Shown: positions 1 through 13,782 of the stretch, piece after piece
How positions within the stretch are numbered: the stretch's first letter is position 1
Layout of the letters: each line of letters opens with the position of its first letter
Source: Octopus bimaculoides
Lineage: Eukaryota
Assembly: GCF_001194135.2 (NCBI RefSeq)
Contig: NC_068990.1
Location: 1,698,522 to 1,762,521 of the forward strand
Reading direction: 5' to 3'
Length of the DNA: 64,000 bases
Translations under genes and position numbers: made by a program
The notes under the pieces: generated by a model
Databases searched by the model: none
What the model was told of the DNA's origin: nothing
The model's input: the letters and a program-made list of their open reading frames with translations, nothing else

Positions 1-667
1 TATATATATATATATATATATATATATGCATATGCACACACATACGTGTGCACACATAGAAATGCATACTTTTACCTGGTGTTTGTGTCTTTTTGTACGA
101 TATACATATATATATACATTCATACACACACATACACACACTATATATACACATATATGTATATATGAATGCACACATACACACATGCAGAATTATATAT
201 ATTTCAGGTAACTCTGGGAGGGGAAATTTTGGCATTTTGTAAGTCTGGTATTTTCATACCAATTCTTAAGTAACTAATGCACCAATTAACATTTTGAGAT
301 TTCATCATTGTGTAATTGATTTTGCTTGTTATCACTTGATAAACATTACTAGAAATAGAAGAAACTGAAGAATGATGAACTAAATAGTTTAGAGCATGTT
401 ATGTAATTTTTCTAATTCCTTGTTTTGAGCCTATATTCTACTGCTATATAATTTGGCCATTTATCCCACCTGATTCTAGAAACCCTTGCTCTCAGTTTTA
501 ATAAATAAACATGCAGAAGTGGCCATGTGGTAAGAAGCTTGCTTTCCAATCACATGGTTCTGGGTTCAGTCCCACTGCGTGGCAGCTTGGGAAAATGTCT
601 TTTACCATTGCCTCAGGCCGACCAAAACCTTGTGCGTGGATTTGGTAGATGGAAACTGAAAGAAACT

Positions 668-698
<31 letters not shown>

Positions 699-1783
699 AT
701 TATGTGTATTTCTTCTATCTTAATGAATAAAAATTCTTTTGGTAGAATAAATGGGATAATAGAAACCAATGTAGCAAAGAACACAAAATAACTGTGGTTC
801 AGTTCCTGTTTTTAAGGCAGGAACTCCTTGAAATTTGGGGTATTTGAGTATATTTAAGAATTTAAGGAATGGAGAAAACGCATGTTATAATTGCATACTG
901 AGTCTGTGTTTGTCACCCCCACCATCACTTGACAACTGCTGTTGGTGTGTATACATCTCCATAACTTAGTGGTTCAGCAAAAGAGACCAAAAGCATAAGT
1001 ACTAGGTTTACAAAGAATAAGTCCTGGGGTCGATTTGTTCAACTAAAAGCAGTGCTCAAGCATGGCTGCAGTCAACTGACTGAAACAAACAAAAGAATAA
1101 AAGAATAAAAGGATAAAAGAATAAAAGAATAAAAGAATAAAAGGATAAAAGAATAAAAGAATAAAAGGATATATATATTTATATATAGGAGTATGGATAA
1201 GAAGTTTGCTTTCCAGCCACTTGTTTTCGAGTTCCTTCCTAATGCTACCCTGGGAAAAGTATCTTCTACTATAACCCTAGACCAACTAAGGCTTTGCAAG
1301 TAGATTTGGTTGATGGAAACTGAAATACGCTCATCTATGTGTGTGTATGTGTGTGTGGTTTGAAACTCTAATACTGAATTTAGAGTCCTACATGGATTAT
1401 TATAATTAAGTCTGCTTTAGTACAAGTGGGTTGGCTACTACTTTACTTAGTAGTATTACAAGTTATAATATACAGAACAAATGTAGGAAATATTATGATA
1501 ACTATGGGTTTCTTTCTTCTTTTTCCTCCTTTCATTTCACCATCATGGCTGTTTGAAACTGTGCATTGGATTTTGCAAGTGCATTTGAATACTTAACCAT
1601 AATTGTCTTCAGGGAACACTTCATGGCATTATGTTACAGAAAATTAATGTCTGAAGTTGGACAGGTGGTTAGACATCTTATAAGTTATTATGAGAGGGAA
1701 ATGGAAAGAAAACAAAAGGCAGAGAGAAAGTGAGACAAAGAAATAAAAGAAAGGTAAAGAGAAGACAGGAAAGAGAAAGAATA

Positions 1784-1821
<38 letters not shown>

Positions 1822-2122
1822 AAGACAAGACTGTAATTGAAGAAAGAAAGGCAAGACTGAATGAGACAACAATAAAAGCATAAAACGCAAAAATGCTAAA
1901 ATTTATAAATAGGAAATAAACATAAAAAAATTGAAGTAATAAAAAGGTAAAAAATAAGTACATATATACACCTTATATACAAACACACACACACACACAT
2001 ATATGCAGATAGATAGAGACAGAGAGAGAGAGAGAGGGAGATAGGTAGGTAAACAGACAGACAAATCGATGGATGGATGAATGGATGGATGGATGGATGA
2101 ATGAATGGATAGATGGTTGGAT

Positions 2123-2163
<41 letters not shown>

Positions 2164-2469
2164 NNNNNNNNNNNNNNNNNNNNNNNNNNNNNNNNNNNNN
2201 NNNNNNNNNNNNNNNNNNNNNNNNNNNNNNNNNNNNNNNNNNNNNNNNNNNNNNNNNNNNNNNNNNNNNNNNNNNNNNNNNNNNNNNNNNNNNNNNNNNN
2301 NNNNNNNNNNNNNNNNNNNNNNNNNNNNNNNNNNNNNNNNNNNNNNNNNNNNNNNNNNNNNNNNNNNNNNNNNNNNNNNNNNNNNNNNNNNNNNNNNNNN
2401 NNNNNNNNNNNNNNNNNNNNNNNNNNNNNNNNNNNNNNNNNNNNNNNNNNNNNNNNNNNNNNNNNNNNN

Positions 2470-2502
<33 letters not shown>

Positions 2503-2527
2503 ACATACACACATATATATATATATA

Positions 2528-3384
2528 CAAGGTCTGAAGGGTAAATTGTCATTATTTTATATTATAGATTTCATGCATACACATTGCTTGATTTTGATTT
2601 TGTTGACTAGACAGTATAGTAGGGTCAGTTGGGCACCATCTGTCAGAAAAAACTGTACCATGATGCAATTCACTCTCCCAGAAATTTGGAAACGACATGC
2701 TGTACTGCTTGGCATTGAAACCGGATGCTCCAGAGTGTTTGGGTGTCAATCTAAGGACATGTACTGAGAGTGATAGAAGTCAAACATCCAGTCAACATCA
2801 ATGTGTTCGGAGTGATCACTAGTGATGGTGACGTTATGCCTCCATTAATCTTCCGACATGGCCTTATACTCAACATGGAGGCCTACACCAAGTGCCTGGG
2901 GGAGAGAGTGCTGCTCTGGTCAAGAAGGTGGTTGCTGGAAGACCCTATGTTTTGCAACAGGACTTTGCACCATACCACACAAGCAGGGGAACCAGTCATG
3001 GCTGTCAGACAATTTCTGCGACCGCATCACACCATACATTTGGCCACCTAACTCCCCCGACTGCAACCCCCTTCATTATTATGTGTGGGGCACAGTTGAC
3101 CAAGAGACCAACAAAGTTCCTTGTAACACCAAAGATGACCTGAAGGCAAGGATTACAGCCGCATTCACCAACTTAAACAAGGAGACCGTCCAGAAGAGTT
3201 GAAAAATATTCCAAAGGCATCTGGAGGCTGTGGTCAAAGTGAATGGCAAATTTATTGAATAAATTTACTGTTTAGTATTTCAAGATATTTTTATGTAATT
3301 TTTGTAAATATATGTTAAAATGAGATGTCAGTGTTATTTTTCTTTTTACGTAATTTAGACCGACAGTTTATTCACTGCACCCTT
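2528..3384 (+). mobile_element. Internally deleted DD37D (maT/Bmmar1-type) Tc1/mariner transposon
   Basis: Frameshifted transposase pieces MMQFTLPEIWKRHAVLLG, KHPVNINVFGVITSDGDVMPP, QQDFAPYHT, WPPNSPDCNPL(H)YYVWG. About 37 residues separate QQD from the third catalytic position. TA flanks and degenerate 23-bp TIRs (13/23 match). Confidence 0.85.
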
Positions 3385-4419
3385 TATATATATATATATA
3401 TATATATGTATGTTAATATGTGAAATTGTATATATCAGAGAAATTGTTTTATTAGCTTGTTTTGTACTTTTGTTTTTTATTTGCAATAGAAGGAACCAAC
3501 AACATTGTCCAACCTGATAATAGCAGTCAGTTCTCCCTCAAACTGCATCGTGTCATTAAAAAAAATTACAAAATAAAAGCCACACTGAATCATTTAGTGC
3601 TAAAAATAGCAAAAAAAATGTGATGGTCTCAATTTGAATATTATTCTTTGTATGTCTGCCTGAATATCAACTGTCTAAGGATCATCAATGATGATTTATT
3701 ATATTTCAATTTACATATGACTACTGTTGTGTATATCTCTGTGTGTTCCAAGTTAAAATTCTCTCTACTTCAAATCCCCAATTAATATTCTAAAGCAAGG
3801 GCTTGAATAATACCTTATTTTCTGGCATGCAAGTTGATGTATTATATATTGTAAACATGTAATATAAATATTCAAATATTGTCATATCTTTTGAAAATCC
3901 TGCTGAATTTCATGTGAAATTGTTGGACCACCAAAGATGTCTAGGGGTTTAAGTCAGCCTACCTTTTATGACTGTAAATTTTAATCTGAAGAAGTTTGAT
4001 GTGTATGCCAGAAAATATGATGTTGTCCAGTGTATACTATTTCTCTAAAGGAAAGAAGGACATCGTGGCTCAAATGCATTTGCTCATAAGTCTTTTCAAT
4101 CAGGCATGACTTAAAGGTGAACAACAAAATCATAGAAAAGATTAAGGTCACAAGAGAGGTAGATATTAGATTTTTTATTTCACTATTAATTTTCTACTGC
4201 AGTTGTTGCTTCATATCCCAACAACAACAACTAACAATGGATGGCTCAGTCAAACCCTTGGTCTGAATAAGTATTATTCATACATTTCTTTACTGTATGA
4301 AGCAAACTGAGAATACAATTTATTACAGTAATATTGATATGGTCTGCTGTTGAAGATGTCTAGGTTGTTGAGAGCATAATTTTAAATGTGACAGCCCATC
4401 ATTGGGGATGACAGTGTCG

Positions 4420-4660
4420 ATACTGGATGTTCATCCTCGTCTGCCTCCAACACATTTTTTCTTGTGGGAGTAGACAGGGCTGACGCGACCAATATGAGAT
4501 ATATAGACCCTGTGGCACTGAGGGCACTGAAAGGGATCCCCAAACAACAGCTGCAGGGTGTTGATGGTGATGTGTCTTCCTCTTTTCATGCAGTCCCCAG
4601 CATTCAGTTTCAAAGCACTCCACCCCAGCATCACACATGAAACCTCCATGCCTTCCAATT
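4420..4660 (-). mobile_element. RTE-clade LINE 3' remnant (C-terminal zinc-finger region)
   Basis: Minus-strand frames give GVECFE..EKRK and FQCPQCHRVYISHIG..SHKKKC, the pattern at the end of RTE ORFs. Confidence 0.6.
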
Positions 4661-4679
4661 GTTGAGAGGCATATTGACT

Positions 4680-4710
<31 letters not shown>

Positions 4711-7700
4711 ATATAATATGTAAGATCCCAGTACACCTTTATATCCCATATTGAAATTTTATGTGAAGGTAAGTTCTTTAATGTTTTATCAATGTCTCTT
4801 CAAATTATCAAATGTTAATAGTATTTCCCTGAACATTACAAAATACTCACTTTCTTTCATTTTTTGGTTTTAATACATTTTAAAAGTTTCCTGGCATTCT
4901 GACTACTAGATTGTTATAGTAACAATCAATATAGTTATAATTAATAATGTGTCTATCTTACAACAAGTATTCGGAAGTCTTTATTCTCTTTCATCAACTG
5001 TTATGACTTCAAATGATCGCAAAACTTAATGTTCCCAAACGTCTTATTCTCTTCATTTAAAATCTTCACTAGATAATTTCTATCTGTTTCTTCAAGAAAT
5101 CTCATTGGAAATGTCACAATAACAAAATTTCAAGCATCATTAATTTTCTTTATGCCTGACCTAAGGAGCGAAGATCAGGTTTTCATTATTAATTCAATTC
5201 TTTAGCGTAAGAATTAATCTCAAGTGACTTACTGACTTATATAGAAATCACAAAAGTTCTTCAAATCGCATCAAAGATATTTGTTTGAGATAGATAGACT
5301 GAGAAAACTTACACACACACAACACACACATAACACATATGTGCACCTGCACGCACGCACACATGCATGCATACACACACACTCACACATGCATGCATGC
5401 ACACACACACAACCAAATGCACACATAAACATACACACACACAAACACCCACCCACACACGTATATATATATATATATATATATCAATAGCAGAAGTGAT
5501 CATAGTGTGAACAAAAATAGAAATTGAACATAGCTTCACTATATTTGAATAAAAGGAAAAATTGAAATTGTATAAACCATAGATGAATACAATAGATAAG
5601 AATATGAACTTATGTTCAGAATCTTTAGATGTAGAATTCATACCAGCACAGAGCTATGGTAAAGAAAGAAATTGAAAATAGACAAGTGACTAAATTATTA
5701 GTGTCATAGGTTTCAAGTTTAAATCTCTTACACGTCTTACTTCTTGTTATGCATTTAGGATGTAGACTTAATTTTCCATGCCTCGTTTAACCAAGCTACC
5801 AATGGAATCGGAACTTTTAAGTTCAGAATTTTACCTGAGTTCAAATAGCATTCTCTCCATGGACCTAATTGTCTTTCATCTGCTTAATGTATATGGAACC
5901 AGAGCTAAGCCCATTAACACTTCAGAAAAGTATCTTCAATAATTACGTTCATTTTTTTTATTATTGAATCTGGCTGGGTTGCTTGGTTTGAAGGCTTTGT
6001 ATCCCATCAGTGGTACTGTACGTTTAGCTATTCATGGATCAATGTAGTCTGTTGTTATAGTCATTGTTAATGTTTAATTCCAGGTTAACTCTGTTGAGCA
6101 GACCTATACTCCAAAACATTCCACTCATGACTATCATGTCTTTTTAGAAGTATGCAGGACTACATGATCCAATGTGTCTTTTCATTTTACATAAAAGTAG
6201 GCTGTGATTTAAAGCAGATTCAGCTGCTCTTTCTAGCAGGTCAAGCAGCCACGTAGAGGCCTCCTACATTTGGTTCAGCATTGAAAATCTGTATGTAGGG
6301 AAGGGTTAGTTCACTTCTGGAAGTATCAACAGAAATCTGTTTTTAATTTCTTTGCATAAGAGTAAGGTGTGATTTAAAGGATATTTGGCTGCTCTTTTTA
6401 GCAGGTCATGCAGCCATCTAGAGATAGGAAGGGTTAACTCACTTCGGGAAGTCTCGTCAGAAATCTGTTTTTAATATCTGTTTATTGTACACAATGTCAA
6501 TATTTGTGTTTATTTCATTGAGTTTACTTTTTCTCAAGGGATGAAAGGTCATGAAATCTTTGGCAGGATTTCAGTTCACACAACTAATTCATCAAATAGT
6601 TATGGCCAACTAATGACCCCCACCCCTCTGCTCCACAAAGAAAAAGAAAAAAAAATCTTTTGAAAGGAAAAAAACCAATGAAGAGGTCTCTGCATACTTG
6701 CTTCATTAGTTAGAAATAGCAGCCAAATTTCTCTCAAATTACACTGCAACATCTCAAAAGGTGTGTATGACATTGGTTGATGTAATCCTAAATACACAAT
6801 GCTCTAGAAATGGGTGAAGCAGTCATGAGTGAAATGAATTTCATTATAAACCTGTTCTATTGGGGTTGACCTGTGGCTAAATAACAAGATCAACAACAAA
6901 CTGTGAATGGTACCAAAGGGAAATAGTCTAATGTAGTATATCTTAATAATTACTGCTAACTTTGGTTCATTTGTTATTCTTTTTAAAGATTCTTGTTGCT
7001 CAGACACCTAAGGGATTCTATATTCCCCTTTGAAGCGGAAACCATTCAAAGCTATTCTTTTATTTGCTGTAGTAATCTTGACTGTGGCCATGCTGGAGCA
7101 CTGGCTTTTTAGTCAAACAAATCAACCCCAGGACTTATTCTTTGTAAGCCTAGGACTTATTCTATCTGTCTCTTTTGCTGAACCACTTAGTTATGGGGAC
7201 GTAAACACACCGACATTGGTTGTCAAGCGATGATGGTGGGACAAACATAAACACACACACACACATATGATGGGCTTCTTTCAGTTTCTGTCTACCAAAT
7301 CCACTCACAAGGCTTTGGTTAGCTCAAGGCTATAGTAGAAGACACTTGCCCAAGGTGCTGCACAGTGGGACTGAACTTACAACCATGTGGTTGGGAAGCA
7401 AGTCATTTACCACACAGCCACTCCTGTCAGTCATGGGACTGCAGCCATGCTGGGGCACTGCCTTGAAGGATTTTAGCCGATCAAATCAACTCCAGTCCTT
7501 ATTTTTTGTTATGTCTAATTCTTATTCTATCAAACTCTTTTGCCAGACTGTAGGGAACATACCAAAAAAGATGTCAAGTGGTGGTGGGGACAAACACAGA
7601 CACAAAGATTCTCACACATAGGTATATAAATATACATATATGTCACTCACTGTCTTCTTTCAGTTTTTGTCTACCAAATCCACTCACGAGGCTTTGGTTA

Positions 7701-9079
7701 AGGTGAAGCTATAGTTGAAGATATTGCCCAAGGTTCCACACAGTGGGACTGAACCTGAAACCATGTAGTCGGAAAGCAAGCTTTATACCACACAGCCACA
7801 TATGCTTCTATATTCTTTCTTTTTTTCTTTCCTTACACTATGACCAGTCTCTGTGTGTGTGGGGGCATTCGGTCTGGTGTGTTGCATTCTTGATTCTCAA
7901 AATTGCAGTTTTTATTCCTGAACCAGGTGATAATACTATGTATTCTTGAGCATTTCACATTGTTTCTAATCCACCCAGCTGGAAAAAGCAAGCAATCCTG
8001 TGATGGACCAATATCCTGTCCAACAGGTGAATATATATATACTTCATTAAATCTGGAAAACCAGTCTTATGATCCTATGACTTGGGAAGAACCTTTGATC
8101 CTTTTCTTTGATTTAATGTGTGTTTTTGTTTTTGTTTTTAAAGATGGAAGGTTTTTTTAAGATGGAAGTAGCAAATTCCCAGAATCACTAGAATCACCAG
8201 GCAGGCAATGGAAAATCCTCTTTGTAGTCTTCATGGCTTTTGTCAGTGAAGTCACCAAAGGTCTGATTTCTGTTTCACCCATATGATGTTTATCTTTGTC
8301 TTATATAGAACATTAAATTATGTAGGTTCTTCTTACACAATCTCAGGCTCTACCAATTTCTTGCCTCTCATTTCTTGCCTTATACCCTAAATAAGTGTAT
8401 ATATTCCAAAAGGAATATTTCCTCTCAGTGAGGAACAGTTTCAACTGACCAGAGTTTTACAGAACAAGGGTGTACCATCTCCTTTTGAAGTGTGCATCAT
8501 ATAGCTTATTGGAACACAGGATGCCTTTGTTAGGAAAGAAATTTTTTTTCTAAACCATACAGGAAGCAGTATTGATCCCATTGTGGTGTGAAATCAATAT
8601 CCACCAGCATATGGATTGTGCTCATACTGTCATTAATCCAAATAATCTAATCAATAGAGGCCAGCAGTAGCGATGGAAATTTCATAGTGCTTTTGCTGGA
8701 TCAAAGGTGGGAAACTTTTGATTAGTTGGGCAATCTGATAGCGAGCAGAGACTGAAAAGAAGAAGGCAATGATTAACAACATTTTTTTTTTATCTTTGCC
8801 AACAAAATTTTATGGATATGAAGAACACCCTTAAAAGAATAATCAATACGAAGCTGAAAGGTAGAACTTCCTAGTCTGTGAGGCACCTAAGCATTAACCG
8901 GACTAGAGTGCCATCAGATCTCTCTGAGTAGGTCTGGAGTTGGTGACACTGGTGGCGTAAAGCCTTGAGGAATTTTACCGCTTTTACCAGTTCTCAAGAA
9001 AGCCTTGTTACTGATGTAACCATCATCAAAAAGAAAGGTTTGTGTTTTATAGGTGCGGATACAGCTGGAACTTGTATTG

Positions 9080-10150
9080 TAGAAACAATGGCTCAAAGAA
9101 AACTAGACTTTGTGAAGATAGATAAAGATAGAATAAAAGTTGAGATTCTGGGAATATGTGAAATAAAGTGGATAGGAGGTGGGACACTTTTCTATGGCAT
9201 AATTACAAAATATGCTCCACAGAAAATGAGACACATTCAAGAAATAGAGTGACAATGATGCTTAAAAAAATGTCAACAGTATTGCATTGGATATAGTCGA
9301 TTTCTTAGCAGTGAGATCACAGGGATGATCTATAAATTTTACTTTCTGTTCAATGACTTTGGAAACAAAGGAAGAAAGCAAAGCAATTTCGTGAATCCCC
9401 TTCAGCCAGCAATTAATAATATTCTAAAAGGTGATGCATTCTTAATTATGTCTGATCTCAGTGCAAAAATTGAAGAGAATGAAGAATTAAATATGGAGGA
9501 TAAAATAAGGATTAAGAGCCAAGAATGAAGAGAGAACTAAATCTACTGGGTTCTGTTCAGCACAGGATGTATCCAAAGAGAAGATCTACCTTGGTATTAC
9601 CTGACAAATAATGTAATAAAATTAATTATGTAGTCTCTGCTAGAAAAAAAAAAAAATGAGAACAGTTCAGGCTGTCAATACAATGTTAAGAGGTTGGTAA
9701 TAAAAGAGTTCATTAGCTGCTCATTTCTATGATCAAATTAAAACTGAAGAAACTAGAAACAAAGGACCTGAGGGATACTATCTTCAGAATAACCTGAAAG
9801 CTATACTGAAGAAGTCAAGAACCCAAGTTACAGTCATTAATAACATTGATGGATATTCTAATGAGCTGCAGCAAGAATTGCAATAAATTGTCCTATAAGT
9901 AGCTAGAAATTACCTCACATAAAAACAAGAAGAAATGCATGAAAGACCGAATAATGGACTTAGTGGATGGTATTATGAAATTTGGAAGACTGAAAGGGAA
10001 CTTAGTCATGCATAAAATAAAATTTAAAAAAGACAATTATATAAAGAAGAAAAGTAAAGTGGAAGAAGAAAATCAAGAGAGGTCTAGGAACACTTCCAAG
10101 AAAACAGAATAAATTACTAGAAAATTTATCCCAACCCATACACAAATGGA
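9080..10150 (+). mobile_element. Highly decayed RTE-type LINE, AP-endonuclease region
   Basis: ETMAQRKLDFVK..RIKVEILGICEIKWIGGG and LQPAINNILKGDAFLIMSDLSAKI resemble APE motifs ILGISE.KW.G.G and MGD.NAKVG. Many stops and frameshifts. Confidence 0.6.
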
Positions 10151-10199
10151 ATGTTCTATATCCTTGTTCAACATATAAACTAAATGGGTTGTAAGTCAA

Positions 10200-10675
10200 G
10201 CAGACTGAGTCTTTTAGACTCCATAAGTGTAAAGAGGTATCGTTAATTTCTGTACATGTTCATGCATAAATAATGTCAGCTAAAACACTTCTAATAATAT
10301 GAGTGAAACCTGTTTATCAGCCAGTTAAGCAAATTTTGAATTCCACATGTGTAACACATGTGGACATACTTACAAAATCATAAGACACAGTACCCATGAC
10401 TTTTGAAAACATTTTTTTCATGCTCAGAATTGCTGAAGCACGGAATGAACTCCCTGCATCAATTGTTAGTTGTCGGGACATGACATCCTTCAAAACTTCC
10501 ATACTTCCTGAAATTTGCCAACCTGATGCCTCTCCCCCACTTTTTTTTTTTTTTATGTGACTTATTCACTGTTCACTTTCTGTGTATTATTCTATGTGCT
10601 GTCCATGCACTTTTGGCTATCTTTTCTGATGAGTTGTAGTGCACCTGAACATTGTATACAATAAGTTAATATTAT
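10200..10675 (+). mobile_element. CR1/L2-clade LINE 3' end
   Basis: NTCGHTYKI..HFFMLRIAEARNELPASIVSC..SFKT matches the CR1 C-terminal signature TRGH.YKL..FF..RV...WN.LP..VV....FK. Confidence 0.7.
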
Positions 10676-11260
10676 ACTAGCTGGCCCTATGCCATCAAAA
10701 ATTATGGCTAATTGTAGTGTTTTATATATAATAAGGTACAAAACCAAGTTTTTAGTTTAATAATTCTTTTATTACCAAATTTTTTGTGAAAAATCTCTCT
10801 GCAACTAATATCCCTTGATTGCTTGGTTCCTTCAAAAGAATTTTAAAGTTTTCCTTCCATCTTGTATGACTTAAGGCCACATAAAGCTGGCTGTGATTAA
10901 ATACAGGATAGAAAATGAATGGTAAATCAAATTAACACACTTGTCAATGTTAACTAGTGGTTGTCTTTTGAGATGTGACAGCGATCATCGTTTGTTACTG
11001 AAAGAACACTGGTTTACACATACAAACATTCACACACTTCCCTTGTACATGCACAGACATACACACATATACTCACACAGGGTTGAAACACTGTTTGATT
11101 TTTCTTTCACTGTAGAACTTCCATCATCCCACTACCAAATTTGCCATCACCCCTCCCTTCCTTATTCATCTATCACCCCTTCCTTCCCCATTCAGATGTT
11201 GTGACAGAGAAAATCTCAAGAGTATTATTATAGTAGTTCATTATTTATGAACTTTCTATT

Positions 11261-11460
11261 GTGGCAAGCTGGCAGAATCGTCAGCACATCGAGCAAAATG
11301 CTAAGTGAAGGAATCTGAGCTCAAATTCCACCGAGGACAACTTTGCCCTCCGCCCTTTTGGTGTTGATAAAATAAGTACCAGTTGAAAACTGGGGTTGAT
11401 GTAGTTGACTGATACCCTCTCCCAAGCTTGTTGGCCATCTGCTAAAATTCAGAATCATTA
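11261..11460 (+). mobile_element. SINE family D (ggcaagctggcagaatcg head)
   Basis: Shared block aaataagtaccagttg..ctggggttgat. Other copies at 29108-29480+, 32385-32600- and a fragment at 47030-47108+. Confidence 0.7.
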
Positions 11461-12344
11461 TTTATGTACTTTCTATTAAGATACAAGTCATCTTTATATC
11501 TCATCCTTTGTTAAGTCAAGTGAGATCACAGTCATGGCCAATGTTTGTAACTGGCACCGGTGCCAGTTGTATGTAAAAATGCCTGCTACACTCTTGAAGT
11601 GGTTGTCATTAGGAAGGGCATCCAGCTGTAGAAGCTATTCCAAATCAGATTACAACTTGGTATAGCTCCCCAGCTTAACAGTTTTCAGCCAAACTATCCA
11701 ACCCATGCCAGCATGGAAAATGGACATTAAATGATGATGATGATGAGGGTCAATATAAAAAGTACCATTTGGGGGCAGAGAATTGTTTAGAAGATTGGAT
11801 GGGCTCCTTGCAGCAGTGTTGGTTCTAGCTTATTGCATTCTGAGTTCAAATCTTACTATGGCCTACGTGGGGTGGTTGAGTTAATCCATCACCTGGTTTA
11901 AAACCTGGTTCTAGCTAGCACCTTAGGTGCCTTTAGCAGAATCTATTTTGTTGCGAACATTCAGGCCAGCCAAATCTCAAGTTTAAGTTTGCCTCCCTCT
12001 CTCCATTCCTTGTAAAAGGTCAAGAGCACTGCCTTATCTTTCTGACTAAAAGATAATAAATAAATAATATAAATACTAGCTGTTAGTGGTACCATTTGAA
12101 CTCTTCATCTGGCAGTTTGTAGATCAGTATCTTAACTAACCTGACACTTACTGGAACTCAAAGCCATTCATTATTCATTGCTTCTTACCTTTGGTTTTAT
12201 CACAAGGAATTTTGGAAACTTTGGACAATATCATTTTTAGCCATATAGTAATGCTCAGTTAATTTCAGCATCTGTGATATAACTTGCTTATGTGTTTGTT
12301 GAAAACTAATATATATTATATCATATTATATTATATCTTATATA

Positions 12345-12387
<43 letters not shown>

Positions 12388-13782
12388 TGTATGTATGTAT
12401 GTATATGAATGTATGTATATATGTATAAAATAAATAAAGAAACTAAAAAAAGAAAAACACCATTTTCTGGAAGCTTCTTTTATATCAGAACAGATTGCTT
12501 GAAAACAATTTCTTATCTTTGAAGACATTGACTGGGAGGCTTTAATCACCTGCATGCTCAATTTTCACACCAGTTTCATTTCACCATTTCGCCATTTCAC
12601 ACTTCTTTCTTTTTCCTCTTCTTCTCCTTCTTCACTGGTTCACTTTATCAATTCAGCAGCTTTCTACTTGAAAGCTCTGTCAGGAAAGTGTCAAAAATGA
12701 GACCAAAAACAAAACAAAACAAAAAAAGAAATACTAATAAAATAAAATGAAATAAAATAGACCGAAAAATAAACAAATAAAAGCTGTTCTCACTTTATTA
12801 AGAAACATTTATTCTCATACACTGCCATCATTTACTGCTGCGCTGCTACTTCTTTCACCTCCTCCTCAGCTCACTTTTCAGATATAAGATTATGTCTTTT
12901 AAGGTACCACAACTCATTTCTTTAATAACGTGTTGATTCCATGAATTATAGGTTTCTTCCTTTTCGTATAATGGATCTTTCAGTCTTGTCACAACCAGCA
13001 ATAATGGAATGGAATTTTAATCAAGTAAATATCCCAGAAGAAATACCTGTGGTGGATTTGAATTCAGGACCAATGAGCTTGTTGTCCAATAGTCTATTTA
13101 CATTGCTAAACTGGGGTGCGGTAGCCTGCTAGAAGTAGAAACCAACTTTCCTTATATCATATCCAACCACTGTTTTAAAAAGAAATGAAGGACAGATTGG
13201 ATCATATAATCAGAGATACACTTTCATAGCAAAAAGTTAGGGTGGTACTGAATGGAAGAACTTTCATCATTGGTCTGCTCATTCTGGTATAATCTGGAGC
13301 TCAACAACAGCATCATCAACAACAGAAGAAGACCCCCCTTTGGTCACATATGACCATGGGTTTGCACATAGAAAGTTCCCTTCATAGGCACAAACCTGGG
13401 AAAGGTTGTGAATGTAAGACCAGCAGTCGCCCATGCATACCAGTCTCCCGTCTCCACACCACTGACGTTGTGCAAGGGAAAGGCAGAGGCTGATACAATT
13501 TGGCACCAGAGATGCTGCTACTCATTTCTACAGCTGAGTGAACTGGAGCAACATGAAATAAAGTGTCTTGCTCAAGGACACAACACACAGCCTAGTCTCG
13601 GAATGAAACTCACAATTCATCTATGACAACAGCAATAATATTAACAACAACAGTTTTTGTAAGCCATGTAAAAGAACTCAAAAGGTTGGGCCTCCATCAA
13701 AGCCTTTTGCAATGCTCAAAAGCCAGGAACTTTTTAGCGCTTCCTTGTCCATATGCAATATATATATATGTATATATGATTA

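Noticed and set aside
513-600. tRNA gene-like heads here and at other SINE starts
   Set aside because: They continue into SINE bodies and do not form complete cloverleafs.
4203-4310. Candidate upstream CFAP65 exon after a good acceptor
   Set aside because: All three frames hit a stop or lack a suitable donor, and the protein match is unconvincing.
7979-8026. AG..GT-bounded candidate exon LEKASNPVMDQYPVQQ
   Set aside because: No similarity to the expected upstream CFAP65 segment; it resembles a SINE 3' remnant (cctgtgatggac..cctgtcca).
10610-10660. CTGATGAG as a hammerhead core
   Set aside because: No GAAA box or stem II partner; it is part of the CR1 LINE 3' tail.
10960-11210. Possible PLE GIY-YIG end (RLLLKEHWF..TL..GL) followed by a pyrimidine tract
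   Set aside because: Too short, interrupted by a microsatellite, and no hammerhead follows.
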